In this document: piece by piece, positions 19,394 through 28,964 of the stretch
Position numbering within the stretch: position 1 is the first letter of the stretch
Layout of the letters: every line of letters begins with the position of its first letter
Assembly: GCA_039818205.1 (NCBI GenBank)
Contig: JBCBUK010000004.1
Span: forward strand, 232,302 to 296,301
DNA: 64,000 nt
From: Verrucomicrobiota bacterium
GTDB taxonomy: Bacteria; Verrucomicrobiota; Verrucomicrobiia; Opitutales; Cerasicoccaceae
Direction of reading: 5' to 3'
Notes under the pieces: generated by a model
What the model saw: only the letters and a program-made list of their open reading frames with translations
Told to the model about the DNA's origin: nothing
Database searches by the model: none
Made by a program: the position numbers and the translations under genes

Positions 19394-20050
19394 ATGTCTC
19401 TGCGATTCTCCGAAGAAATTCTGCTCCTAGCGCTCGATGATGAAACCGGCAAACTTCATCCGGTTCCGGAGGGTTCGCTGCGGCTGGCAATAGCGGGTGG
19501 ATTGATCCTCGAGCTCGCCTTTAAGGGGGCAGTCGACACAGACGATAAGAATTTGCAGGTGTTGTCACGGGAGTCCGTTGGAGATCCGCTTCTAGATGAT
19601 GCGTTGGCAAAAATTCCTGAAGAGAGTCCGCTTAGCATACAAAGAGCGCTTAACGCCGTGTCCGCCGAAGGTGACGAATGGCGCAAGCGATTGTTCGAGG
19701 GCTTGATTGAGCGCGGAGTCCTGCAGCAGGAAGAGCATCGTTACCTTTTCGTTCTTAAAGAACGTCGCTATCCGGTTGTTAATGATCAGGAGGAGCAGGA
19801 AGTTCTTTCCCGAATCCGTAGCGTGGTACTCGATGATTCCACGATCCCAGACCCGAGGGATATTGTAATCGTGTGTCTGATGGACGCCTGCGATCTCAGC
19901 AACGTTGTGTTTTCCGAAGACGAGTTGGCCCAACACAAGGAGCGAATTGAGCAGCTGGCGAAAATGGATTTTGTTGGCCAGGCGCTAACCAAGGCAGTTA
20001 ATCAAATCCAGCAAGCATTACTCGAGGTAATGGCCTACTCAGGAATGTAG
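19394..20050 (+). CDS. GPP34 (GOLPH3/Vps74) family protein
   Basis: LRFSEEILLLALDDETGK, AGGLILELA, GDPLLD, LIERGVL, RRYP. Confidence 0.82.
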   Translation: MSLRFSEEILLLALDDETGKLHPVPEGSLRLAIAGGLILELAFKGAVDTDDKNLQVLSRESVGDPLLDDALAKIPEESPLSIQRALNAVSAEGDEWRKRLFEGLIERGVLQQEEHRYLFVLKERRYPVVNDQEEQEVLSRIRSVVLDDSTIPDPRDIVIVCLMDACDLSNVVFSEDELAQHKERIEQLAKMDFVGQALTKAVNQIQQALLEVMAYSGM

Positions 20051-20056
20051 TTCCTG

Positions 20057-20476
20057 CTAAGTGCTGCGCGTTGTATCGGCGACGAGCAGTCGAACAATGT
20101 TCGAGTTGTTGGGAGGGGTGAACCCTTCAGAACGGAGGTCGTAGTATTCTTTGGCGATTTCTTTTTGCTCAAGGCGAAGGGCCGCCATCTGGGCTTCAAT
20201 CTTCATCCGGCGACGCTGTGACGTTCTAAATGACGCCGGCGGCAAACCGGAGCTGGGCAGATCATTGTATTTTTCAACGTCTGCTTGAACCTCGATCGCC
20301 TTTTTGCGGTAGTCGCTGATTCGTGACTGCAATTGCTCGGGCAGAGCATTGTAGAATTCCTGCAGTCGACGATTCGGATCGTAATCGACTGATTCAGTTT
20401 CACTCGCCCAAGCTGGCATCGCTCCAACGAGCAATACAACGGCTAGTGCAATGAATGACTGATACATTTTTCTCAC
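20057..20476 (-). CDS. Secreted helical hypothetical protein
   Basis: Signal peptide ending in AWA; coiled-coil-like body. Confidence 0.6.
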   Translation of the reverse strand: MRKMYQSFIALAVVLLVGAMPAWASETESVDYDPNRRLQEFYNALPEQLQSRISDYRKKAIEVQADVEKYNDLPSSGLPPASFRTSQRRRMKIEAQMAALRLEQKEIAKEYYDLRSEGFTPPNNSNIVRLLVADTTRST

Positions 20477-20668
20477 TATCCTATATATTATCGGAAAAAG
20501 GACTCAGAATTCAAGCAGAGATCTCAGTATCCTAAGATATTTCAGAAGTAACTGAAATAAGGTGGTTTCCATTGCCAAAAGTCTCTCTTGGTGGGTCTGA
20601 AAGCGATTTTCAAGAAACGTCCTAGACAAAATCTTTCCAAACCACTAACGAGTGCTCTCTTACAAGTC

Positions 20669-21535
20669 ATGAAAGTTTACCTCAACGGAGAGTTTGTTGA
20701 CCAGGCCGACGCCAAGGTCTCAGTTTTTGATCACGGTTTCCTCTACGGAGACGGAATTTTTGAAGGAATCCGCCTTTATGATGGAAATGTGTTCAAATTG
20801 GATGAGCACCTGGAGCGTCTGGAATTCTCAGCGCAGGCGATCATGCTGGATCTACCCTGGACGCGGGCGGAAATCGCCGAGGCTGTTTGTGAGTCTTGCC
20901 GTGTCAACAACCTCAACAATGGCTATATCCGCCTGATCGTCAGCCGTGGGGTGGGTTCCCTGGGTCTGTCTCCGAAGAGCTGCGCCAACCCACAATTGAT
21001 CATCATCGCCGACCAGATTCAGCTTTACCCGCCGGAATTCTATACCGACGGCTTGAAAGTGATCACCGTGGCGACCCGGCGTTTGAATCCAGCGGCATTG
21101 CCGCCGATGATTAAAAGTCTCAACTATCTGAACAACATTCTTGCGAAGATCGAGGCTGGAAACCTTGGCTATGTTGAAGCCTTCATGCTGAACGATCAAG
21201 GCTACGTGGCTGAGTGCACCGGCGACAATGTATTCATCGTCCAACACGGCAAAGTATTTACCCCGCCCGTCAGTGCTGGATCGCTGACTGGAATTACTCG
21301 TCAGGCGGTCATGGAGATTGTTCAAGAGCTTGATCTCGAATTGGTTGAGACAAATCTTACGCGTTACGATCTGTGGATTGCCAGCGAGTGCTTTTTAACT
21401 GGAACCGCAGCGGAAGTCGTCCCTGTCGTCGAGATCGACGGCCGTGGAATCGGCAGCCGCGAGCCAGGAGAGATCACCAAAAAGGTGCTCGATGCCTTCC
21501 GTGCGCGCGTTTCGGTCGACGGAACGAAGATCTAG
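20669..21535 (+). CDS. ilvE: Branched-chain amino acid aminotransferase
   Basis: DHGFLYGDGIFEGIR, KSLNYLNN, ECTGDN, GITR, FLTGTAAE; start at ATG 20669. Confidence 0.96.
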   Translation: MKVYLNGEFVDQADAKVSVFDHGFLYGDGIFEGIRLYDGNVFKLDEHLERLEFSAQAIMLDLPWTRAEIAEAVCESCRVNNLNNGYIRLIVSRGVGSLGLSPKSCANPQLIIIADQIQLYPPEFYTDGLKVITVATRRLNPAALPPMIKSLNYLNNILAKIEAGNLGYVEAFMLNDQGYVAECTGDNVFIVQHGKVFTPPVSAGSLTGITRQAVMEIVQELDLELVETNLTRYDLWIASECFLTGTAAEVVPVVEIDGRGIGSREPGEITKKVLDAFRARVSVDGTKI

Positions 21536-21647
21536 CGCCATAATGTCACACTTGGTGCCCGGTGAAAAATGGGCATTGAGGGTGATATCTATTATGCGTG
21601 GTAAGGTTTGACACCGCAAAATTATACTTTCACGCTCCAAGATTCTT

Positions 21648-22238
21648 ATGACCCTCACCCCTCGTATCTCTTTGCGTACACATCGCCGTCGCGCATCCGG
21701 TTTCACACTGGTGGAACTATTGGTGGTTATGGCGATCATTCTGATCCTTTCCGGAATTGTGATTGGTGTCTCTGGCGGCATCTCAGGCAAGCAGTCCCGC
21801 GCCCGAGCGGAAACGGAACTCGCGACCATTGCTGCTGCGCTGGAAGCCTATAGACTCCAGTATGGCGATTATCCGTGGGTTGGTGCCGATTCTGATGGTG
21901 CAGAGCTCTTCCGCCACCTAACTGGAGTGGTTCGCATGGAGCCAACTTCAACACCTGGGCAGCCTCGTATGGTTCGAGCTGAGAAGGTTTTCCTCGATGA
22001 GGCTACCGTAAAGGCATTTGGTGACGCATTTACCGATCCTTGGGGTCGGCCTTATGAGTTCTATTATAAGGAAGCTGGTTCCTGGGAAAACTGGCAGAAT
22101 CCTGGATTCATTTTAATCTCGAAAGGGCCCGATGGTAAACCGGTCGGTCCGAGCTACTCCTCGAACAATGGCCATATCGATGCAGGTTTTTTCAGTGGCG
22201 AGAGGCAAGACAATCTCGTCTATGGTTTGGAATTCTAA
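21648..22238 (+). CDS. Prepilin-type pseudopilin, GspG-like
   Basis: G|FTLVELLVV class III signal with E5; ALEAYR..YGDYP; DPWGRPY; ISKGPDG. Confidence 0.85.
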   Translation: MTLTPRISLRTHRRRASGFTLVELLVVMAIILILSGIVIGVSGGISGKQSRARAETELATIAAALEAYRLQYGDYPWVGADSDGAELFRHLTGVVRMEPTSTPGQPRMVRAEKVFLDEATVKAFGDAFTDPWGRPYEFYYKEAGSWENWQNPGFILISKGPDGKPVGPSYSSNNGHIDAGFFSGERQDNLVYGLEF

Positions 22239-22256
22239 CTAATTAACTTATTTGTC

Positions 22257-22859
22257 ATGAAGTATCGTAATACCCCATCTCGCCGAGACGGTTTCACCCT
22301 GATCGAACTACTTACCGTGGTTGCAATCATTGGAATTCTTGCCGGAATTTTGATTCCCGCCGTGGGCGGCGCCAAGAAGTCTGCTCTGAAAACACAGTCT
22401 CGCGCACAATTCTCGGGCTGGGCGACCGCGCTAGAGCAATACAAAGCTGAGTATGGCCACTATCCGACTATAGGTAGTCTCAGTACCGGTGGCACCCTTA
22501 ACCTCAACACCAATGGTGAAGAATTTGTGAAGGCGCTTTCGGCTCGTGATGTCGACGGCCGTAGCCTCAGTGACGCTGATCGCCGCCGTTTGAATCGCAA
22601 AGGTATCTCTTTTTACTCGTTTGGCGATGCCGAGCTGACCGACGAGAATGGTGATCTGGACGATAGCGGTCGTCTCTATGATGCTTTCGGAAATTCAAAT
22701 ATCTTTGTCAAAGTGGACCACGACAACAATGGCATCGTACCGAAGAGTGGATTTCCTTCGGATGCCGGGAACGACGACCTGCGTGGGCGCGTGGCAATTT
22801 GGACCGACGAAACCAACTCCACGATTGAAGATGGCGTCACCATTATGAGCTGGAAGTAG
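22257..22859 (+). CDS. Prepilin-type pseudopilin, second GspG-like paralogue
   Basis: G|FTLIELLTVVAIIGILA; ALEQYKAEYGHYP; DAFGN. Confidence 0.85.
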   Translation: MKYRNTPSRRDGFTLIELLTVVAIIGILAGILIPAVGGAKKSALKTQSRAQFSGWATALEQYKAEYGHYPTIGSLSTGGTLNLNTNGEEFVKALSARDVDGRSLSDADRRRLNRKGISFYSFGDAELTDENGDLDDSGRLYDAFGNSNIFVKVDHDNNGIVPKSGFPSDAGNDDLRGRVAIWTDETNSTIEDGVTIMSWK

Positions 22860-22869
22860 AAGTTGCCTT

Positions 22870-23610
22870 ATGCGTTTGCGAAATTATCATCTAAGTTACA
22901 CACGCCGGGCGTTCTCGCTGGTTGAATTGCTCGCGGTCATCGCGATCATCGGAATCATGGGAGCGGTTATCGGCATCAGTATGAAGCCGAATGAGGGAAG
23001 CTCGATTCAGGCTGGTCAGCGGGTTACCGCAAGTATGTTTCAGGCGGCTCGCGCCATGGCGACAGCTCGCCAAACTGAAGCTCGAGTTATCATTTACGCC
23101 GACGGAAATCCCGATGAGCGTGACTCGAAATTACTTCGCTTCATCGGAGTGGTATATTGGCAGCCAGATCCGAACGATCCAAGCTCCGGCGAATGGTTGC
23201 CTGGGAATTCAGGCTCATATCTTCCCAACAATGTATTTTATGTTCCTTCCAGTGCTGCGGAAGTAGCCGCAGCCGATGGCGTGAATTCGGGAGATATCTT
23301 GCGAAGTTCAAATGTTCCAGGTGGGACTATGACCGCAAAATTCCCATCAAGTGGTGGCGGTTCTTCAGGCGATACTTGGTATTATTATGCGTTCGATAAG
23401 ACCGGAAACGCGCGAACAACGGGTGTTGATGGCGGTGGAAATCGATCTTTCGCTGGTGACATCGTGGTGATCGGCTCCGGCCGATATGATCCATCTGGTG
23501 GTGGGCAGGTGCTTATCGAGAACCCCTTTGCGACCGCTGGTCTGTCGATCCGCAGAGTCGGTGGAACGATGATCTTGAACGACTACGACTTCATTAAGGA
23601 AGCACTCTAA
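22870..23610 (+). CDS. Minor pseudopilin (FimT/GspH-like; Verru_Chthon cassette D-like)
   Basis: A|FSLVELLAVIAII; QAARAMA; YYAFDKTG. Confidence 0.75.
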   Translation: MRLRNYHLSYTRRAFSLVELLAVIAIIGIMGAVIGISMKPNEGSSIQAGQRVTASMFQAARAMATARQTEARVIIYADGNPDERDSKLLRFIGVVYWQPDPNDPSSGEWLPGNSGSYLPNNVFYVPSSAAEVAAADGVNSGDILRSSNVPGGTMTAKFPSSGGGSSGDTWYYYAFDKTGNARTTGVDGGGNRSFAGDIVVIGSGRYDPSGGGQVLIENPFATAGLSIRRVGGTMILNDYDFIKEAL

Positions 23611-23632
23611 TTTGGCGAAAGGCTTTGCAGTC

Positions 23633-24220
23633 ATGAAACAGCGAACACTCTCACGATCTTTCCCCAATCGCGCTGGCGGTTTTTCATTATCGGAGGTTAT
23701 TTTGGCCGTCGGTATCCTTTCACTTTCGATCCTTTCGTTGTTGGGACTTTTTGGTCCCACATTGAATTCAGTTCGCGATGTGGTTGAGGTCAATGAGGCA
23801 AATGGCATACGCACAACGATTAACTCGTACATAGCCAGCCATGAGATTTTCCAATACGCTGGTCCCAACAGTTTCGATACGCTTTATCCAGCGTTGGCTG
23901 CTGGTGAAGTATTGTATGCATGGAACACGCGTGAAAATGGTGACCCGGCGGAACCGCTTTCAATTGTGGTTTCTGACCGAGAGCCGACCTCCACGAATAT
24001 TCAAGAGTTAGAGGGGAATATTTTTGTTGTTGTTTTGAGCGAAAGCGAGACTTCCGATACTCGTGCAGTTGCTGATTTGGCCGGATACCCGATCTCGGTA
24101 TCCATCTTCGCAGTTGCCCCATCGGAGTTCATTAGTGGAACGTTTAATCTAGCGGACACCCGGAATAATAGTCGTCCAGTTTTAAGCTTCCCAGATTACA
24201 TACTCCGCGTACCGCAGTAG
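23633..24220 (+). CDS. Minor pseudopilin (PilV/GspI-like; Verru_Chthon cassette B-like)
   Basis: G|FSLSEVILAVGILSLSILSLLGL; start at ATG 23633. Confidence 0.75.
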   Translation: MKQRTLSRSFPNRAGGFSLSEVILAVGILSLSILSLLGLFGPTLNSVRDVVEVNEANGIRTTINSYIASHEIFQYAGPNSFDTLYPALAAGEVLYAWNTRENGDPAEPLSIVVSDREPTSTNIQELEGNIFVVVLSESETSDTRAVADLAGYPISVSIFAVAPSEFISGTFNLADTRNNSRPVLSFPDYILRVPQ

Positions 24221-24248
24221 TATCTTTTTAATCATACCCTTACGAGCG

Positions 24249-25229
24249 ATGAAGAACTTTTCGAATAAACGAGCGTTTACCCTGATTGAAGTGCTAGCGG
24301 CAACTGGCATTATGACGGTCGTCATTTTGGTTGTCTTAACCATGACGACGAATGTGGTATCGGTTTGGAACAAATCTGCTGGAAAATTGAGCTCTAACTT
24401 CGAGGGTAGGGTTGCACTCAAGAGTATGGAAGCTGATCTACAGTCTCTAGTGCTGCGATCCCGGCCTGCTGTAAACTGGTTGCAGATTCAATGGGAACGC
24501 CCGAACACGGGAAGCGGCCCGACTGTGCCTTACTCGTTTCCGACTATTTACATGGTTACCCGGGCGATGGATCGCCCTCAATATCGTAGTACGGGGGAGA
24601 CTATTACGGGGAGAACAAACACTGTTGTCTATAAGCTAGCTTACCAGAATCCGATTACTGGTTCTACGAACAATACTGCTTTCCCAGCCCCGATGTTTGC
24701 GCTTTATCGTTTTGTGATTGATGCAGAAAACACCTTTCGCTTCGTCACCAATTCTGTTTCAAATGGAGATTTTCAAGCTGCCGTTGCGGGCACGCACTTG
24801 AGCACCACCGTTGGTGGTTCTCGCTTTGTCAACGAGGATGGAGTTGAGATCGATATTGGGAATTTGGATGAATCCGTTTTGACGCGGGAAAATTTCCTGA
24901 GTGCCAACGTCGTTGATTTCGAAGTGACTATCTTTTTCCGGGATAACGCAGGAAACCTTCAAGAAATAAACCCAGCGAAAACAAGCCCGAACGGAACAAC
25001 TAATTTTCTGATTGGAAGTACCTCGACGGGAGACTTCGCCTTGGTGAATAATGGTCGTCCTGAGCCGAATGCTCGAGTCGAGTTCATCGATGTAACTTTG
25101 TCAGTTTTGTCTGAAGAGGGTGTTGGTGTTGTGACAAACGATCCCAGCGTTGATTGGGACGATTTGCTTGCTCAGTATTCGACTACCTTTACTCGCCGGA
25201 TTAATGTCATGGCGAATATGCCTCAATAG
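24249..25229 (+). CDS. Minor pseudopilin (PilW/GspJ-like; Verru_Chthon cassette C-like)
   Basis: A|FTLIEVLAA, MEADLQS helix, LSANVVDF, DVTLSVL, FTRRI. Confidence 0.75.
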   Translation: MKNFSNKRAFTLIEVLAATGIMTVVILVVLTMTTNVVSVWNKSAGKLSSNFEGRVALKSMEADLQSLVLRSRPAVNWLQIQWERPNTGSGPTVPYSFPTIYMVTRAMDRPQYRSTGETITGRTNTVVYKLAYQNPITGSTNNTAFPAPMFALYRFVIDAENTFRFVTNSVSNGDFQAAVAGTHLSTTVGGSRFVNEDGVEIDIGNLDESVLTRENFLSANVVDFEVTIFFRDNAGNLQEINPAKTSPNGTTNFLIGSTSTGDFALVNNGRPEPNARVEFIDVTLSVLSEEGVGVVTNDPSVDWDDLLAQYSTTFTRRINVMANMPQ

Positions 25230-25330
25230 GCTTGGGTTCCATTTATTTGCGCGAGGTTGCGAAACTTCAAGCTGATCTTCGGGGTTGCTTGTGGGAATGG
25301 GTTCGTTTTGTTAGAGCGTTCTCCTAACGA

Positions 25331-26203
25331 ATGAAACTCTCTCCCTGGATATTAGCAGCTCGTCCAAAGACGCTTCCCGCAGCGATCGCCCCGGTTTTAG
25401 TCGGCACTGCACTAGCCGGGCATGACCATGTTTTTGCCTGGCAGCCAGCATTGATATGCCTGGCCTTTGCGGTGTTGATTCAAATCGGGACCAACTTTGC
25501 CAATGACTATTACGACTTTTTGAAGGGGGCTGATACCGAATCTCGGATTGGTCCGACACGGGCAGTCGCCAGTGGATTGATTTCAGCCGGTGCCATGCGG
25601 CGGGCGACGATCGTCGTATTGGTTTTGGCTTTTATGGTTGGGCTGGCGCTTGTCTATTGGGGTGGTTGGCAACTGATCATTGTCGGCGTGTTGAGTATTA
25701 TATGTGCGGTTGCTTATACTGGTGGGCCCTATCCTTTGGGTTACAATGGGCTAGGGGACATTTTCGTGTTCGTTTTCTTTGGTCTCATCGCGGTGGGATT
25801 CACGTACTACGTTCAAGCAGGTAGCTTTTCCTCCGTCAGTTGGCTGTTGGGTGCTGCGGTCGGCGCGCTTTCGACAAACCTCTTGGTCGTCAACAATTAC
25901 CGCGACCTTGAAACAGACCGTATTGCGGGCAAGCGGACCCTTGTTGTGCGCTTGGGCAGGAATGCGGCTTGGTGGCAGTATTCCCTAAGCATTGTGTTTG
26001 CGTTTGGAGTGGCATTGTTCTTGGCACTCGGTGATATCGGATGGGGATTGTTTTTGCCGCTAACGATGGCACCGCTCGGCCTCACCTTACCACTGCTTTT
26101 AAAGCGGTCGCGGGGCTCCGCGGATTTTCAACTCGTGCTTACCCAGACGGCGAAGCTATTGATGTTTTACAGCGGTCTAGTTTCGGTCGGTTTAGTTATT
26201 TAG
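25331..26203 (+). CDS. menA: 1,4-dihydroxy-2-naphthoate polyprenyltransferase
   Basis: ARPKTL, NFANDYYDFLKGAD, YTGGP, VNNYRD, GKRTL. Confidence 0.95.
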   Translation: MKLSPWILAARPKTLPAAIAPVLVGTALAGHDHVFAWQPALICLAFAVLIQIGTNFANDYYDFLKGADTESRIGPTRAVASGLISAGAMRRATIVVLVLAFMVGLALVYWGGWQLIIVGVLSIICAVAYTGGPYPLGYNGLGDIFVFVFFGLIAVGFTYYVQAGSFSSVSWLLGAAVGALSTNLLVVNNYRDLETDRIAGKRTLVVRLGRNAAWWQYSLSIVFAFGVALFLALGDIGWGLFLPLTMAPLGLTLPLLLKRSRGSADFQLVLTQTAKLLMFYSGLVSVGLVI

Positions 26204-26275
26204 CGATTGATCGGCCGAGGTTCGTGCAAAAGCAAAGCTTGTGGCCCGGGCTATCGATCTGTTTGGTAGAGATCC

Positions 26276-27277
26276 ATGGCTGATGCACAATCGCTAGAGC
26301 GACCGGTGTTTATCCACAGTTTGTGGCGCTGCGCGAGTACCTACTTCATGGAGAAGTTTTCCCAGCAACCTGCGGTTGCTACCTTCACGGAGCCGTTCAA
26401 CGAACACCTTCGGCTTATTGACCACAAGATGATGGACGACGAGGACCGGAAGCGCCGGGAGGCGTTGAATCATCCGAACGCCGAGCAAAGCTACTACGGT
26501 CCCTATCGCGATTTGATTGTGCCTGGAGATATCGAAAGTCCGGGAATCCATCAATTCGATATTCGCTTTCCGCTCAATTACTGGTTCGAGGACAAAGATC
26601 GGGGCCACCTTCGATACCTTCGGACCCTTATTGACCATGCGGCCGATTCGTTTGAATCGCAGGCGGTCTTGGGATTCGTCCGTTCCCTTGGACGGCTGAA
26701 ACTGCTTCGAGAGCTCAATGGATATCACATCGTTTTGCTGCGCGAGCCGTTTGGGGTCTATTGGTCAAACCACACGCAGCTACGTGATAAAGGGAACAGC
26801 TACTTTGCGATTCAATACGTTATGCTCGCAGCGCTTTGTCGGCAAATACCCGCGTTGGACGCTCTGGCTTCCCGCTATCACCTGCCAAAGTTGAAGGTGA
26901 AGGGGCCATTCTATACCTTTGGTCGTGCCTGCAATCAGTTTCGGGAAGAATATGCGGACGCGATTGAGCTGCAGCGGGAGGCCTTTTGCTTAGTCTATTT
27001 GCTTTCCTATGGCGCTGCTTTGACTCAAGCCGATTTGGTAGTTTCGGTGGATCGTCTTTCGCGCGACCCGGAATATCGTCAGCACATTTCGGCGCTTATC
27101 GCTGAAAACACGGGACATCAGCTCGATTTTTCCGACTGCAAATGCCCTCGGTACGACGAACCTGCGGCTCGAGACGAGTTTTATAAAACTTATCGGGCCG
27201 AGCAGTTGACCCTCGAGGAACGTAAGTCTTCACACTGGCTAACTGGAGGGCGCTTGGTTGATTCGCTCTGGAGCTGA
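26276..27277 (+). CDS. Sulfotransferase-like protein
   Basis: RPVFIHSLWRCASTY (5'-PSB-like), EPFNE, IVLLREP....WS (3'-PB-like). Confidence 0.6.
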   Translation: MADAQSLERPVFIHSLWRCASTYFMEKFSQQPAVATFTEPFNEHLRLIDHKMMDDEDRKRREALNHPNAEQSYYGPYRDLIVPGDIESPGIHQFDIRFPLNYWFEDKDRGHLRYLRTLIDHAADSFESQAVLGFVRSLGRLKLLRELNGYHIVLLREPFGVYWSNHTQLRDKGNSYFAIQYVMLAALCRQIPALDALASRYHLPKLKVKGPFYTFGRACNQFREEYADAIELQREAFCLVYLLSYGAALTQADLVVSVDRLSRDPEYRQHISALIAENTGHQLDFSDCKCPRYDEPAARDEFYKTYRAEQLTLEERKSSHWLTGGRLVDSLWS

Positions 27278-27396
27278 TCAATTAGAATGGCGCCCGGGCC
27301 AGAAATATCTTGCTCCAGGCGCGGGATTTTTCTTTCTAGGAATGTTTAAGTTGGCAGCCAAACTGCGTGCCGACCCACGAGTATTGCAATTGGCCA

Positions 27397-28854
27397 ATGG
27401 TTTTCACCTCACTAACTTTTATTCTGTTTTTGGCGCTGGTATTCGCGCTCTACTGGATACTGCGAAGCCGTAGTCCGCAGAATTTCCTCATCCTGGTCGC
27501 AAGTTACGTCTTCTATGGCTGGTGGGATTGGCGCTTCCTCTCGCTGATCGTGATTTCGAGTGTCATCGATTTCACGGCCGGAATCATGATCGAGAAGAGT
27601 CAGGGGCGGGCCGGTCGGCGCGGATGGCTTGCGCTGAGTGTGTGTGCCAATCTCGGAATGCTCGGCTTCTTTAAATACTTCAACTTTTTCGCCAGTAGCC
27701 TGCAATCGGCTGCGAGCTCAGCGGGAGTTGAGTTGGGCAACATCACCCTGGACATCGTGCTTCCGGTGGGTATCTCGTTTTACACCTTTCAGACGATGAG
27801 CTACACGATTGATATTTATCGTGGGCAGATGAAATCGGAGAAAGATCCCATCGCCTTTCTCGCCTTCGTGTCGTTTTTCCCTCAGCTGGTGGCTGGACCA
27901 ATCGAGCGGGCTTCTCGCTTGTTGCCGCAGTTCATGGTCCCACGAAAGTTCGACTATGTAATCGCGGTTGCAGGTTGCCGGGAGATCCTGTGGGGCTTTT
28001 TCAAGAAAATGGTCCTGGCAGACAATTTAGGGTTGTTTGTGCAGAGCGTCTATCCGCGTGCTGAGGATTATAGTTCGCCGTATCTTTGGCTGGCGACGAC
28101 CGCCTTTGCTTTCCAGATTTATTGTGACTTTTCAGCCTACTCGCACATTGCCAAGGGAACGGCCCGCCTCCTCGGTTTTGAGCTAATGCGAAATTTCGCC
28201 TATCCTTACTTCTCGCAAGACATTGCTGAGTTCTGGCGCCGCTGGCATATTTCGCTATCCACCTGGTTTCGGGACTACGTCTTCATCCCGATGGGCGGGA
28301 ACCGTGGTGCAATGCGGGTAGTGATCACCAACACCATTATTGTTTTTGCGGTTAGTGGGCTATGGCATGGAGCAGCCTGGAACTACGTTATATGGGGTCT
28401 GTTGAATGGTCTCGCTTTTCTTCCGATTTACCTAAGGCCAAAGAAAACTGGAGAGAAGAAGAAGCGAGCGGGCGACATACCGGGTGGGGAGACCTTGATT
28501 CCTAGTTTCCGGGTTGCGCGTAATATCTTCGTTACATTTTCGGCGATGCTGATTGCTTGGGTCTTTTTCGCCTCGCCGACCTTGTCGGGGGCGTTGTTGA
28601 TCTTAAAACGGATGTTTATCGGCTGGTCTGCTGAGAATCCGGCCCTGTTGCCCGATTCCTGGAGTGTCATCCAGGTCATCCTTTTTACTGGGGGTCTGGT
28701 TATTTTTGAGTGGGTTCAGCGCCGACACGAGAATCCGTTGACCCTCGATAAAATTTATCGGCCAGTTCGTTGGGCCATCTACACGATCATGCTGTGGAGC
28801 TGTTTCTATTTGTTACCCCGGCCAGATAGCCCGTTCATTTACTTCCAATTCTAA
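27397..28854 (+). CDS. MBOAT family O-acyltransferase (AlgI/DltB/PatA-like)
   Basis: LPVGISFYTFQ, FFPQLVAGPIER, QIYCDFS, FWRRWHISLSTW, SGLWHGA, terminal FIYFQF. Confidence 0.95.
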   Translation: MVFTSLTFILFLALVFALYWILRSRSPQNFLILVASYVFYGWWDWRFLSLIVISSVIDFTAGIMIEKSQGRAGRRGWLALSVCANLGMLGFFKYFNFFASSLQSAASSAGVELGNITLDIVLPVGISFYTFQTMSYTIDIYRGQMKSEKDPIAFLAFVSFFPQLVAGPIERASRLLPQFMVPRKFDYVIAVAGCREILWGFFKKMVLADNLGLFVQSVYPRAEDYSSPYLWLATTAFAFQIYCDFSAYSHIAKGTARLLGFELMRNFAYPYFSQDIAEFWRRWHISLSTWFRDYVFIPMGGNRGAMRVVITNTIIVFAVSGLWHGAAWNYVIWGLLNGLAFLPIYLRPKKTGEKKKRAGDIPGGETLIPSFRVARNIFVTFSAMLIAWVFFASPTLSGALLILKRMFIGWSAENPALLPDSWSVIQVILFTGGLVIFEWVQRRHENPLTLDKIYRPVRWAIYTIMLWSCFYLLPRPDSPFIYFQF

Positions 28855-28964
28855 ACCCTCGCGACTTGTTGATTTCCCAGGTAGGCGCTGGATGTTAAGC
28901 ATCGGGCGTTGAATTGACTAACTGGGGCAGCGAAATTGACCGGCACTATCCCGTTTGCTCCTAG

